DNA from: Sminthopsis crassicaudata | Taxonomy: Eukaryota | Assembly: GCF_048593235.1 (NCBI RefSeq) | Contig: NC_133620.1 | Span: 396,581,261 to 396,645,260, forward strand | Length of the DNA stretch: 64,000 bases | Direction of reading: 5' to 3' | Shown: in pieces, positions 1 to 13,560 of the stretch | Numbering within the stretch: position 1 is the stretch's first letter | Layout of the letters: every line of letters starts with the position of its first letter | Position numbers and translations under genes: made by a program | Notes under the pieces: generated by a model | Told to the model about the DNA's origin: nothing | Database searches by the model: none | Seen by the model: only the letters and a program-made list of their open reading frames with translations

Positions 1-431
1 GATTACACAGCAAGTGTCAGAGACCGGATTTGAATCCATGTTCTCCTGACCTGAAGTCCAGTACTCTTTCCACTGAACCCAAAGAAATACCAAATTAATC
101 TCACTTATCCCCCTCCACTCAAACATACTGGATGCATGGATTTAAAACTTTATTCTTTTTGGAAGTATTATACCTGCAAGTATTAAGTAGTGGATTTCAC
201 ATGTGAATAATGATTCTCAAATGAAAGGCATTAGAGAATTATGAAAAATTATTGCAAAAGGATGGGCAAAAATTCAACATTTTTATCCCATTAAGAAGGA
301 AAAATGCGGAAAAAAAATTTCTGTGGTAGCTAACAATCCTTCTGTTTCATCGAGCATTTTTTGTGGTAGACACATTATATGCAAAGTTTTGTCTACAGTT
401 TTTCCATCTGCTGTGATAATAGTTATTAATA

Positions 432-895
432 AAACTGCTGTCATACCATCTTGGGCTATGATCTTGTCAACTCTTTAAATCTAAGTAGGGTCAGTCCTTG
501 GATAGGAAGATTTGCTCGAAAGGCCCAGGAGGGGGTACTTTTCTTTCCAAGACTGGTATTGGGACAATTCTCCAACATAATGTGAGAAGCCCTGGGTTGT
601 GAAATGCTATTTTACAGATGAAAGCAAAAATGGAGACTTTAACCACTTACAGTCATTGAAGATAGCACAGCTGATTTTCCAGAGTGTTCTGGTTAGCCTG
701 GTAACTTGGCTTTACTTCAGGCCTTGCAAAGTTCCTCCCCAGGTCCAATCTGATTATGTATTATTTGCTTTCTGTCTCTCTTACCATTTGGTTTTTCTGG
801 ACCTAGTAAACGCACATACACCTCATCCCATCCACAGATGGTGGCATCTCAGTGGTGAGAGGGGAACAGCAGTGATTCTCAGCCTTTTTGGAAAA
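432..895 (+). mobile_element. AmnSINE1-like ancient 5S-derived Deu-SINE, near full length
   Basis: 5S-like head (GTCATACCATC..GATCTTGTC..CTAAGTAGGGTC..TTGGATAGGAAG), Deu-domain-like ACAGATGAAAGCAAAAA..AACCACTTACAGTCATTGAAGAT and 3' CAGATGGTGGCATCTCAGTGGTG. Collinear with the recalled consensus. Confidence 0.75.
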
Positions 896-3800
896 TGAAC
901 TGTTTATTTGATTTCCTGACACCCTCCCACCTGGGGTGGGGACAGGGAGGAGTAAGTATTACATGAAGTCCATTAAATTCATTTTTTAAAAGTCATGGTG
1001 ACAAGATAAATGTAGTTCCCAGAAACATTTGAGGATTTTTCTACATACCTTAGGTATTGCAAATAAATAAATAAATGAAAATACTGGTGTAGAGTTATCA
1101 AAAATCTGGAGGACAGGGGATGCCTGGCTGGGTTTACGTATGACAATTTCAATTTTTTTTAAATGGAGATGGCAGAAAATTTAGATGTAACATTTTAGGC
1201 TGAAGAAACCATAACTTACTACATCTGCAGCATAGTGAATCTTCAATAAACTATAACCCAACTGATTAGGAGCTTCAATTCATTACAATTGTTCTCACTT
1301 TCTTCCTTTTTTGTTGAAAGGCAGATGACAAGATGAGAAGTATGTATTAAGGATTTATTTTAAGAAAACCCTCTAGGGCATGTCCTGAGGACTAAGTACA
1401 TACTCATTCCAATCTGCTAAACCATCACACCGTCATCCACAGTCCTGTACACTAGGAAATCTTGTTCATAATAATAATAATTCTAATAAGGGTATGTGTC
1501 CAGTGTTCAAAGAAAGATTCAGTTGTGTTCATGTCACTGTATTTACAAAGGCAGCAAAGTGGGCTGATGTACTTTAAAACCATTCAGTCTTAAAACATAC
1601 CCACTGAAATGGGTCAATTCTTAATCAACTAGAAATTCAGTTACTTAGGACCCCTCAGTCCTCAAAGCACTCCAATTAATGGAAGTTCGATTGTACAGTA
1701 CTTGGGTGGTTGTACCTACTTGCTTTCAATGTTCTTGTCAATGTTTGGGTATCCCAGTTACTATATCTAAAGTATAATACTTCAACTCTCCTTATTTGAG
1801 TGTATCTCATTTTGTAGTTATTAAAAAAAAACCTCAGAACTTCTCCAATAGCTTGCATCTCTTATTTTTCCTTCTCTTCAGGTTGCGTTCCATGAAAGAG
1901 GCAGATATCAGTGAGATGTTGCCTGCTTTCTTGCTCTTCCTTATATTATCCATCTTCTCTACTTCTCTTCCCAATGCTTCTATTATTCCTCTAACTACCA
2001 CCCCAGTCATCCAACCTCTCATTTTATATCACATCAAATGGTAAACACTTCTTATCTCTTCACACTGAGCAAAGCGGCCCCTCTATGTAAGAGAAGGTAC
2101 ACCTTTCTAAGCTGCCAATTCAGCATTGCGGTGAGTAGGCAACAGAGGTGCATACATTTAAAATTGCTGATAGGGACAGAAAAATCATGGAGTGTGGTTA
2201 AAAATTGTGGAATCCTTGATTTTTTCAGGGGCTGTGTTCATTACTCACTAAACTTTGGCAGATTGGAGGCTGCTCAATTCTCCTGTGAGATGTATCCTAT
2301 ATCTAATGGAATTCTTCTGTTTTTCCTATGGTTCGGTTTTGTTATCTTTAGGCACTGTGTCAAGTGAGGACATGCCAGCAAGGTGGCAGCTGACCCTGCT
2401 GTTCTGGTCCTGGCACTACGGTGACCCTTCTTTCTGTATCAGCATCAAGAGAATGCTGGTACCCTGTGGAGCACAGTGCCACCCTTCAGTCCTCCCAGCA
2501 AAAGGGCCAATTTTGTTCCAAGGCTATTCCTCTATACCTTTAACTATGATTCCTAGCTTAAGAAAAAATGGTGAGATGGATCCTGAAAGTGCTCCTGCTT
2601 TCCAAGGGGAAACTGGTTTAATTCTGAGCTTTATCTTTTGCAGAACATAGGTTTTTAATTCTGACAAAGCTTAAACTCATTTCTGGGAGAGGGTGGATTT
2701 AGAGAAATTAGTCAACCAAACCATATAGAAATTACACTAAAGTAATTTTTTTTTTGGGGGGGGAAAGAATGAAATATATAGGATTTTACTTAAGGAAAAA
2801 GAAAAACAAGCAGAAACACTATGGAATCACTAACATCCAAAAACAGATGGGAAATTGCTTTGTAATCTATAAAGAAGAATGAAAATATTAGGATGGCATT
2901 TAAAAATTGTTTTCAAATTTATCTTTATTATTATTCAATTTAACTGATTGTTGGTTTTGAGAGCTATGCAATATATTTGGAAGGATGAATAAATGGCATG
3001 GAAAGATTTGGAAAAGCCAATGTATAGTCAGTGGCAATTATAAAGTTCAATGGAAGATCTTAAAACAAGATTGACTGTTAACGTCCTTTTAACCATAATA
3101 GTTAATGTTTAATAAATACTGCATGGACATATAGAGGGCAGTACTGTTAAGATAAGGGAACATGAAACAGGATCAGAAAACAACCAAAAGCTCAGATGGT
3201 GAGTAATGCCATTTTAAAGTCTTTTTCAAAAGAAGTAAATTTGTATCCAATGAATATAACTTTTCTTTAAGTGGGGAGAATTTCTATGCCTGAATTTGTG
3301 GCTAGCCAGAGAAGTTCCAATGAGTCTTCATTAGAAGAGAGCTTTTAAAATGAGAACCACATTTTAGCTAAACAACTTCCTAAATCATCTATAAAGTAAG
3401 TGGTTACATAAATTGTCTTTCCATCTTTTTTTCCCACTGAAGAGAATTATGAACAGAAAAATGCAACATACTGAGAAGTAAATCCTCATTGCAAATACAA
3501 TGATTTGAATTCCTGACTTGATTTATTGCCCCGACGCTCTCCCTTCTCCCTAACAGGAGGATCCTTGCTTTACGCCCAGCATCACTAGCCATCCCCCCAG
3601 CACTGCTCTCCAGACTAGCCATCCATTATCCCCTCCACTGAACAGCTGTTTCCAGCTTACTCTGTGTGCAGCATGGGGCTATTTTCAAACCCCTTTTGGA
3701 AATTTTCATGTATTTTCTAGAATTTCCAATTTGGGAGCTAACCAAATACTACCACATTTATTTATTTATTTACTTATTTGTTTACTTATTTATTTATTTA

Positions 3801-5660
3801 TTATTTACTTATTTATTTATCATTATGGTATTTTATTTGATCAAACCAATATACAATGTCAAGAATTGCAAACTTATCTTTTGAAGTTCATCAAACTGAA
3901 CTAGAATTAGCAAGCCAGTAAAATTTAGAGGATATGGCCCATCTTTGACAATGAGACTGTAATCTGAGGGGAGACTTTGATTTACAAAGGCTGTATCTTT
4001 TCCTGTGCTTGGAGAACACTAGAAATATCTAAGAAGCAGCGGTAACTAAATGGAAAATATATTGACATCCTATCAACCCTGGCAGATGAAAATGTAATAG
4101 GGACCAAAGGTTGCTTGAAACAAAAACAAAGAGTAGAAAGAGGGATTACCTTTTTGTTTTTAATATATACTGAACAGCTGCCACAGGGAATTATTAGACA
4201 TTGTTTAAAATGTTAAAAAATTATGTTAAAATGCTAAATGTAAAAAAGACATACCTTCAATATGTGAGTATTTTGGAATTAGAGGTTGCTTTTCTTTGAC
4301 AAACAAAACTCATACTTGCATACATTTTAATTAGCCTTTTATACTTGCACAAATTTTCCTATCTCACTTATTCTTCCCAGTGATATACCTTTTAGGAAAA
4401 ATGCATCAACATGGCAGTCTGACTTTTTTCTATTCACAGAAGGAAAAAAAAATCTAACAGCTAGAGCTCAGAGAAGTTGAGTATTTTATTAACAGTCACA
4501 CAGCAAGTGAAGGATAAAACATAGAATAGATAAAACTAGAATGCACAGACCTTTGAGTAGTTGACCTTTATGTAATCCACTGAGCAATTATATTTGATAA
4601 GCTCATAAAATGTCCTGCCAAGTTGTAGATTCTTTGAGTTTATTCATCTTTCAAGGGAATCTTGAGAAATTGTAAACCATAAAAGCTGAACTTCAATGCT
4701 TTGCCATTTCTCTGCTAACAGAGGTTTACCCTCTTTAGTTTTCTTACTATTTATCATGTTTTAAAATCTAAAATTACTTTTTTTTCCTCCCTTTGAAAAA
4801 AATTGGGACTTTTCATTTGTCAAAAAAACAAAAAAGAAACAAAAAAACTAAAATGACCCCAAATAGAATGTGGCTTTCTGTTGTATTTTTCTTCTTGTTG
4901 TTGTTTATTTGTTTGTTTGATAGGAACTGTTCAAATGGAAATTCTCATCTTCATTATAAATTTTTGAACTGTGGAATGGTTTAAAGTAGAATCTATTGCT
5001 TGAGCCTGACTTGATATGGTTAGAGAACAGTGTCAGTGAGACTTTGGCCCTGTACGGGCAGGTAGTTTCTTCCATCAGCAACCACATGCTGGCCTTCCTA
5101 ACAGGGCCAGCTGTCTCACAAATGCATGCCGTTGGGCAAGAGGGAGGCCTGCGAAAAGGAGAGTGTGGATGGATCTACGCAAATCCATCATTTCTCCTGA
5201 ATGAACTTCTCACAGGATGCATCCCACCGTCAGCAGGTCAGTGAACAGCATTTTCATGTGGAAGGGTCACACATTTCAACAAAGCAATCTTTTTTCAAAT
5301 GTGAATCGTATTTCCTCCTCTGCTGTAAATAAAAGCCTTTTTGTAAGGCATTTGATTGGCTGTGATCAGACTTAGGAGGTCAGGAATATTTCAAGGAGTT
5401 CAGGTAACGTGTGTGGGCTTCATGCTCTTGGGGAGTTTTGCTGGAGATCTGGGACTAGGCTCGAGTCTATGTCAGGCATGTGATGGCATCACGGAGCAGC
5501 TGGGCTCCAACAGGTGAACGGAGACAATCCAAAGCAGCTGGACAAATGGAAGAAAGGTCACATCGTGTTTGTGAACACTGACTTCTCTCCAAGAGTCATT
5601 TGGATGGGAAAATACATCAAAGCACTCCACCTCGCAATAACACCGGATAGCTTTCCGTAC

Positions 5661-5662
<2 letters not shown>

Positions 5663-5703
<41 letters not shown>
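5663..5703 (+). repeat. Poly(A)41 homopolymer
   Basis: Counted directly. Confidence 0.95.
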
Positions 5704-5707
<4 letters not shown>

Positions 5708-6961
5708 CACAGTGTTGACCCAGAATAACGAGATCCCCTCGTAGCTACAGCCCTCTCATGTACACTGTGTTTTAGTTCCATGCCTGCTGCCTGTGTTATT
5801 TCTGGGAGTGAGTTATATGCTAGTGACACACTTTAATTAGAATGAAAAGGCAATAGACTCATCTCAAATACCCAATTCTCCATGTGAAGTATCTATTGAC
5901 AGTGATCTTTATGAATCTCATTTGTAAATTTTGTTCAGGAAATAGTGAGAGAGGCACCCTGGGATGGGGTGAAGAATGAAATGGGTGCATGGGATGCTGG
6001 AAGTTGGAGTCAGGAAGGAAAGGGGGAGGGAATAAGCATTTATTAAGCACATTATTAAATGTTTTACATGTATTGTCCTTGTAATAACACTGGAAAGTAA
6101 GTACAATTATGATACCTGAGACAGACAGAAGAACGACAAACGATTTATTCAGGATCACAGAGCTAGTGAGTAATGATGGGAGGAGTAATGTTCCTGTTTT
6201 ACAATTGAGGAAACTGAGGTAGACAAAGGGAAGGACAAATAATTTACTCCTGATCATAGAGTAAAGTAAGCTAGTATCTGTAGTCAGATTGTAGTATGTA
6301 GTCAGATCTGTAGCTCAGGTCCTCTTGATTTCAGGTCTAGCCCTCTAAACACTGAGCTAGTATTTTGTCATTTTCTTCTCTGGTGGATTAAAGCAAACAG
6401 GTTAAGTGACTTGACCAGGATCATCCAACTAGTGTCTAAGATCTGATTTGAACTCAAATTTTCCTGACTTCAGGGCCAGCACTCTACCCACTGAGCCCCA
6501 TAGCTGCCAGGACCTCACATTTAATTAATGAGGGTACCGAAGCTCAGAGGCAAGAAAGCAATTTTTCAATGTCACTCAGATCAGTGGTGGAATCAAGGTT
6601 TAAACCTAGATCTCCTGTCTCTAAAGCCAGAGTTTGGTTATGGAACACCGGAGAGATAGGCTTTTTAATTGTTGGCATGGACACCAAAAATTCTAGAACA
6701 ATCCCTCATTTGAGGGAGATTAAGTCTTCAGATAGTAGTAACAGATATTAAAAAAATAAATAAAACAAGCAAAGAGTAGTTTCACACTAGAGGAGGTTCC
6801 AGAGTGCCTTTGATACTGCTATATTCAGGTTGTGATGCTGGGTTAGACAATACATAAAGCCTGGACCTGTGATTTCATTGGTATAGGGAATTCCCAGAGG
6901 AGGCAACTTTCTCTGTCAGTGCAGGGCAACGTCTCCTCTGGAATTATAGAGTTGCCAAGAT

Positions 6962-7155
6962 CAGTGATGTCAAAATTAAGGAAAAAGAAATGCCTGAAGG
7001 CTTCATATTGACTTGGAAAAACACAGATTAACAGTATCTCTGTTGTATTTTTAATTTCTTTAGCTGCATATTTCTCAATTATGTTTTAATATGGTTCTTG
7101 TAAGTGGCAGTGTTGTCGACTACCTGGCATTCGAGGCCACAATTCAACAACTCTG
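6962..7155 (+). mobile_element. hAT-type MITE (second copy in opposite orientation at 25154-25328)
   Basis: CAGTGATGTCAAA terminus. The two copies align. Approximate 8-bp TSD GCCAAGAT / GCCCAGAA. Confidence 0.6.
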
Positions 7156-10100
7156 GCCCAGAACATTGAGTGGCAATGACTTTCCTTGGCTCAAGTTAGC
7201 TCAAAAAGCAGGACTTGAATCTGGGTCTTCCTGATTCCTCTTCTGAACTATATTTCACATTCACTGATAAGATCCAAATTAAGAATTGGTTATATTTCAA
7301 AGGGCTATTTTTAAGTAAGTTGTTTGAAACTTAAAAGACATTTTCCTGGTTAAAACAGTGGCTAGATTTCCACATAAAATTATTTAACCTGCAATGTTAA
7401 TAGATTAATGGAACTTTAGGATATAACTATCATTTATAATATTTTTTCCTTTTGGAAAATGGAGTTCTACATTAGATTCCAGGAACATATTTCTCATGAT
7501 GCAACCTTGGCAACAGTAGCAGAGATTTTGACCCTTCCTCGCAACCCTCCCAGTTCTGGCATTGACCATAGCAGCAGGGACCAGGAGCAGAAGGAATCAT
7601 GTAAGGGATGATTTGATGATGCCAGTGGCAGGTTAGAAGAGGGGAAGAGGAATGGACGTTGCCATTTTCATCATCTCCAGGGTAGAGATAAAATGAGTGG
7701 TTTCTAGGTGGAAGAGGCAGGAAAGAGAAACAGCAACATATGACACTAACTCCTAACTCACTTTCTCTCTCTGCCTTGTCTGGAAATGCATTCCCTCCTC
7801 ACTACTACTTCTTATAATGTCTTCTTTCTTTCAAAACTCAGCTGAGAACCCACCTTGTATAGGAAGTTCCCATAGATTCTTTATGCTTCCCTTTTCCCCC
7901 TAAATTATCTTGAATTTTACCCAATATTTAGCCCAGTGCCTGGGACATAGTAACTACTTAATATATGTTTATTGTCTGACTTCATGCACATATGCACACA
8001 TGCAAACATGTAAATCATACATGTTTGAGCAGAAAACCTATGGATCGCATATGGATATTTTACATTTCCTAATAGAATATAAATTCTTTGATATCATGGA
8101 CTGTTGTATTTTGTTACTACGTCCCCAGGACCTAGAATCTGGCACATAGTAGGTCTTTAATAAATAAATGCTGGTTTATTGGTGCATGATAGATGTTTAA
8201 TAAAATAAACGCCTATTAATTGATGGATAGTCACAAAGAAGAGAAAGTAGCTCCAACATGGTTAAAATATTAGAAAGGGAATGGAAATTCTATGGTTATG
8301 TCCCAGAGGGAAAATTCCATCTCAAAATATGGAAAGGACTCTTACAAGTTGAGCTATTATAAGATGGGGTTACTGTATCAAATTTATTAGATTTTAAGAA
8401 AATTATTTAAGTGAATTATTTTATAATTTAAATTCTTTTGATTTTTTTTTAGGTACGGAAGGACAAATTTTAGTATATTTTTTCTTTGTCTTTTTTGTAT
8501 TGTTGTGTGTGTGCTAGTGTTAAAAATAACCATAAGTTACAGTGATTGTTCTCTAGGATCATTATGAAACATGAATTTGGGATCAAAGGAAGGTTTTACA
8601 GGAATAACTCAGAAAAATTGATCACTCACTTTCATATTAAATTATGCCTCTTGCTGATTTCATGGCACATAGTAGAGAAGATGCAAACAAAGGTAGCAGC
8701 ATGTACTTCAGATTGCTAATGAGGAGATCAGGATTTTGGTCTAGACACTGGCACTAAATAACTGTAACCTTGGGGGTTGTATCAACTCATCCAATAAATG
8801 AGACTATTAGACTTAATCAATAATAATAACAACATTAAGGTAACACTTTAAGGTTTGGGAAGCATTTATTTGATACTCATAATAACCCTGTAAGGTAGAT
8901 GCTTTTATTATCTTCATCTTACAAAGGTAGAAACTGAGGCTGGGAGAGAGATCAAGTCTCTTATCTAAGGTCACCTAGTTAACAACCCTCTGAAGTAAGA
9001 GTGAAACTCTGATCTTGACTCCCAAGTCTTGTGTTCTAGCAATTGTGCCACCTACTTGCCTTAAATCAAAAGTTTCTTCCTATTTTCTTTTTAGTCCTTG
9101 TATTCCTGGGCTTTCATTATTCCCCCCCCCCCCCAAACTCCCTTGTTCAACATGGAAGAAAATTAATTCTAGAATTTACCATATGTATATATATAAGAAA
9201 TAGTATAAAGGGAATCCATTTTACAACAAAAATGTAACTTTGTGGATTGGAAATCACCTTGCAGTTTCTGGAATATTTCAGTGAGTTAAAATAGCTATTT
9301 ACAAATATTCTCCTCTACCTTCTTGAGCAGTTTCTTATGTTTCATGAAAATAAGCATAGCTCAAGTTGGGAACCTCTTTCTTAAATTATTTTTTAAAGTT
9401 CTTTCAAGCTCTCAAATTCTATGATAATGCTGGTAATAAAAATGCTCTAAGGTGCTAATTGTTATGTTTTGTCTTCCCTGTCTAGACTTGTGTTCACCAT
9501 TTTTTTTTCCTGGTGCCATTTCTTTCTCATGTGAGTTGGCTTCCATTTCATATGAACAAATGGGATTCCAAATATTTTCTATACCCACTACCTCTCTCTG
9601 CCTTGTGGAATTAAATTTATTAGCTAGGGATTTCTCAGATACTACTTTCCAAAAGGAGAAATAATTGCTCTTATATAGGGTATTCTATAGGAAGTAGGTG
9701 TGTAGATGATGTACAGGCATGGAGTATCAGGACTGGATTCAGGAACTTGCTGTTTAGTTATTGTGCCTGACTCACTCTGACCCCATTTGGGGTTTACTTA
9801 GCAAAATACTGGAGTGGTATGTCATTTCCTTCTTGAATTCATTTTATAGGTGAGGAAACTGAGGCATTCTAAGGTGACTTGCTCAGGGTCACACAGCTAG
9901 TAAGTCTGAAACAGAAAGTATCATTCTCCTTATTTTACAGAAGAGGAAATAGAGACTCATGGAGATAGTCATGGAATCAGTTCCAGACTTGAACCCATTT
10001 TTTTCTTATTTTAAGTCCTAAGCTTTTTCCATGATGCTATATTGCTAAGTCCCTTAAATCTTTGCATGTCTCAGTGAAAATCCCCATTTATAAATCTGGA

Positions 10101-11427
10101 AATAATTTTAGAAAACAAGTTTTTAATAGGGTGGGGGTCACTGTAAAAATGTAGCACATAATCATTTCACAGAGTGTTTGTTAGATGTCTTATCGCCAAT
10201 TAAAACAAACTTTTTCAAGAGTCTTATTTCCTGGCTATGATATTCCCACCTTCTGACTTCTTCTAAGGCACAAGAGAAGTCTTTCTGATTAGCTGGGGGT
10301 GGGATGCTTCTCCAATCTGTTCATTTTATACATTATGGAGCCTGCATTGATTTTTTTTGTTCCACGTCAGTGGCATATAATTTCTGAAATTAATAAATAC
10401 AATGCATACCATCGATGTGTGAAATATAAAAAACTATATTTCCATCGTTTGACATACAAAAATGTACTCACACACTTTTGAAATCTACTGTCAAATCATT
10501 TCACATCTGTACCTAAAGCAAACAGACATAATGCTAACAGCTTGTTAGAATTCAGAAATGCCACCCACTAATCAGCCCACCTGTGGAATTTTCAGTCCAT
10601 CTTGCAAGCTGCATAGCCTGCTGCCAAGAATCTTGACGAGAAAATGTATATTAAATTATTGAATAAGATTGGAAATATTGTACAGTGTGGTCTAAAGAGA
10701 ATACGCAACGTGTGGCCAATGAACATACTGTACCTCTTGCTTCCACTGCATGCATAGAGGTGACCTAACTTGCCTTCCCATTTGCCATAAATTATGAGGA
10801 TACCATGAAGTCCCTGGATAGGGAAAATATTCCCTTGTCCCCAAATGAGGATTCGGGTCTTTTCTGACACTTTTCTTTTCTTTTTTAAAATATGTCACTG
10901 ACATTTGCCCGGAGAGGAGGAAAAAAAAAATTCCGTAAGCAAATTCTAAGCAATGCTTATCAGGGACAATCCTATTTTCCTCTGCATTTGATACTGCAGT
11001 TCAGAGTAAATGGAATAAGAAGATTTGCTGACATCGGGGAGTCTGTAAGAAACAGAGTTGTTGCTCTGATGTTAACATAATCAAATTGTTAACTGTTACT
11101 TAAAACCCTGGCAAAAATGATCACCTAATCCCTTTCTGCCCTGCAAACAGAATAAAATAAAAGGAAACTGACAAAGTGAAATGAACCTATTCTGCTATCC
11201 AACAAAAACCAAAAGAGCAGGGTACATCACACTGTTCTACTCAGGCTTGGGGAGCTTAAGAAACCCGAGGGGGGAGCGGGAATGGAAGCGGGCGCATTGT
11301 ACAACCCGATTACATTGCTTCAAATTATTAATTTCTATATGATATAAACTAACATGCTCACAAAGTAGCTACTTTGGGTGTCTGTGAGGAAGAAACGTTA
11401 TTTTAACATCTGTTCTTTGAAGGCTAT

Positions 11428-11703
11428 NNNNNNNNNNNNNNNNNNNNNNNNNNNNNNNNNNNNNNNNNNNNNNNNNNNNNNNNNNNNNNNNNNNNNNNNN
11501 NNNNNNNNNNNNNNNNNNNNNNNNNNNNNNNNNNNNNNNNNNNNNNNNNNNNNNNNNNNNNNNNNNNNNNNNNNNNNNNNNNNNNNNNNNNNNNNNNNNN
11601 NNNNNNNNNNNNNNNNNNNNNNNNNNNNNNNNNNNNNNNNNNNNNNNNNNNNNNNNNNNNNNNNNNNNNNNNNNNNNNNNNNNNNNNNNNNNNNNNNNNN
11701 NNN
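11428..11703. other. Assembly gap (others: 12601-12749, 40640-40819, 41236-41635, 59790-59934)
   Basis: N runs. Confidence 1.
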
Positions 11704-13139
11704 AAAAAAGTTCTGAAAAGTGTCAGCGCAAAATAAAAGCCGAGGAACCCATCATGGTCTGATTTTTTTTTTCCCAATGAACTCAGCGTAATAGAATTCT
11801 TAGCAATTATTCTTCACAGTGCATCTCTGTTAAGTGCTACAACTGGCTAGGGAAGGTAGCAAGATGACCTATATAATTAGATATTTATAAACAGAAGCAC
11901 AATAATACCTGGTAAATTGATTGTTAACAATGTTTAATGCTCTTAAATTGGCCATTAAGTGCTGAATGATAGGGAGGGTATTATTGTTATTATGAAGCAT
12001 TACAGAGGTTTTATTTATTATCATAAACCTAATGGGCTCAGCAAATTAGATGTGTTTTAAAAGGTCATTTATTGTTTCTTGATACCGAGCTCTAAGCACT
12101 TTCATTCATCTGGATCATCAGACACAGCGGTATTTTCTAGCATGACTCAAATTTAACCTACCTCCCAAATCAAAGATATGGAAATAGAGTCCCATCAGTT
12201 GTTATCTGGATAGGAAGAGAAAACGTACCAAGTGTTCTAAGTTAGACATAAGGCTATCTGTAGTTTCATTTTCAAATAGTTCAGTGAAAGTCACCTTGAA
12301 TATATCTTCAAGGGACTGAGGCTTTTTCTTTTGGTCTGTCATGGGATTTCTTCTGACGGGGGAATGCTAGCCCTCCTTATTCTTTTAAAATCCATATAAA
12401 CAGTGAAGAGTCCTACATTCTTCACTGTAGGATGATATGGTCTCTACGGAGACCCAAGGCTTCATTTTTTTTTTTTCAAACCAGAGGTCTTTCATAATAA
12501 GATACAAACAAACCAAGAAACCATCCATTCACCTACTATGCTTATGTTTCAACAAATGTATGATGGAAATTATTTTTATATATGTATATGTATCTTCATA
12601 NNNNNNNNNNNNNNNNNNNNNNNNNNNNNNNNNNNNNNNNNNNNNNNNNNNNNNNNNNNNNNNNNNNNNNNNNNNNNNNNNNNNNNNNNNNNNNNNNNNN
12701 NNNNNNNNNNNNNNNNNNNNNNNNNNNNNNNNNNNNNNNNNNNNNNNNNTCACACTGTTTTCACACAAGAAGCAATGATCAAAAGGACTTCGCTGAAAAC
12801 CTTTGGATTTCCTTTTCAATTCATGACCCAATTTATGGTCTTTCCCTGGGACAGAACTTGCCATTATGAGACAATGCCATGTCCATCACTCTGCTCAGCC
12901 AAAAAGAGAGTAGTCTCAGCAAAGGGTATTGCAGATCTTCTGAACCTTCTAAATCTTGTCTCTTTAGAAGAGATTCAAGCAAGAACTGCCTCTTGTAGAG
13001 TCTAAGAGCTATCAGAGATTTACAGATAGCTAGAATTGGATATAAAAAAGTTCAGAAACCATCTCCAACTGCCTTTTTTTGCTTTGCATTCCCAACCCTT
13101 AACATGGTGCATTACAACTAGAATGTGTTTCATGAATGT

Positions 13140-13560
13140 TTTAAGAAGAAAGGAAAAAGGAAGGTGAAAAGAGATAAGAAAAGAAGGAAGTAAGAAGAAA
13201 GGAAAAGAAAGAGGAGATGCAAAATATAAACTCCTTGAGGGCAGGGACTATTATGTTTTTGTCTGATTTCAAAGGAAGAAAGGAAGACAAGACTGAGAGA
13301 GTGGAAGAGGGAAGGCAAAGAAAGAAAAGAAAGGAAAGCCACAGAATGGAAGCTTCCTAATGGCAAAGCCTGTTGCATATTTTGTTTGTCTTTCTCTAGA
13401 AAGTAAAGGAGGAAAAGGAAGGAAAAAAGAAAGGGAGGAAATGAAGGGAAATAAGAAAGGAGAGCAGAAGAGAGGAAGAAACAGAGGAAAGGTGGGAAAG
13501 AGGATGAAAGGAAGGAAGGAAGGAAACAAAAGAAGGAAAGGAGAAAAAAGGAAAGATGGG
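13140..13560 (+). repeat. Purine-rich low-complexity tract (similar tract at about 16780-16940)
   Basis: GAAAG/GGAA-type repeats. Confidence 0.85.

Noticed and set aside
437-510. 5S rRNA gene or pseudogene
   Set aside because: Degenerate and continues into Deu-SINE sequence, so it is the AmnSINE1 head.
1796-2044. Signal-peptide-like hydrophobic ORF
   Set aside because: Arises from pyrimidine-rich decayed repeat-like sequence with no downstream domain.
5663-5703. Poly(A)41 as the tail of a plus-strand retrocopy
   Set aside because: No canonical AATAAA just upstream, no TSD found and no recognisable parent sequence.
5708-5769. Hairpin (CACAGTGT/ACACTGTG plus an inner ACGAG/CTCGT stem) as a miRNA or snoRNA
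   Set aside because: Stems of only 8 and 5 bp, and no C/D or H/ACA boxes.
10581-10631. 51-nt minus-strand exon candidate
   Set aside because: Weak acceptor and no recognisable peptide alone or joined to the 5660 exon.
11378-12869. ORFs spanning N runs (also 40513-41721 and 59511-60044)
   Set aside because: Artefacts of translating through assembly gaps.
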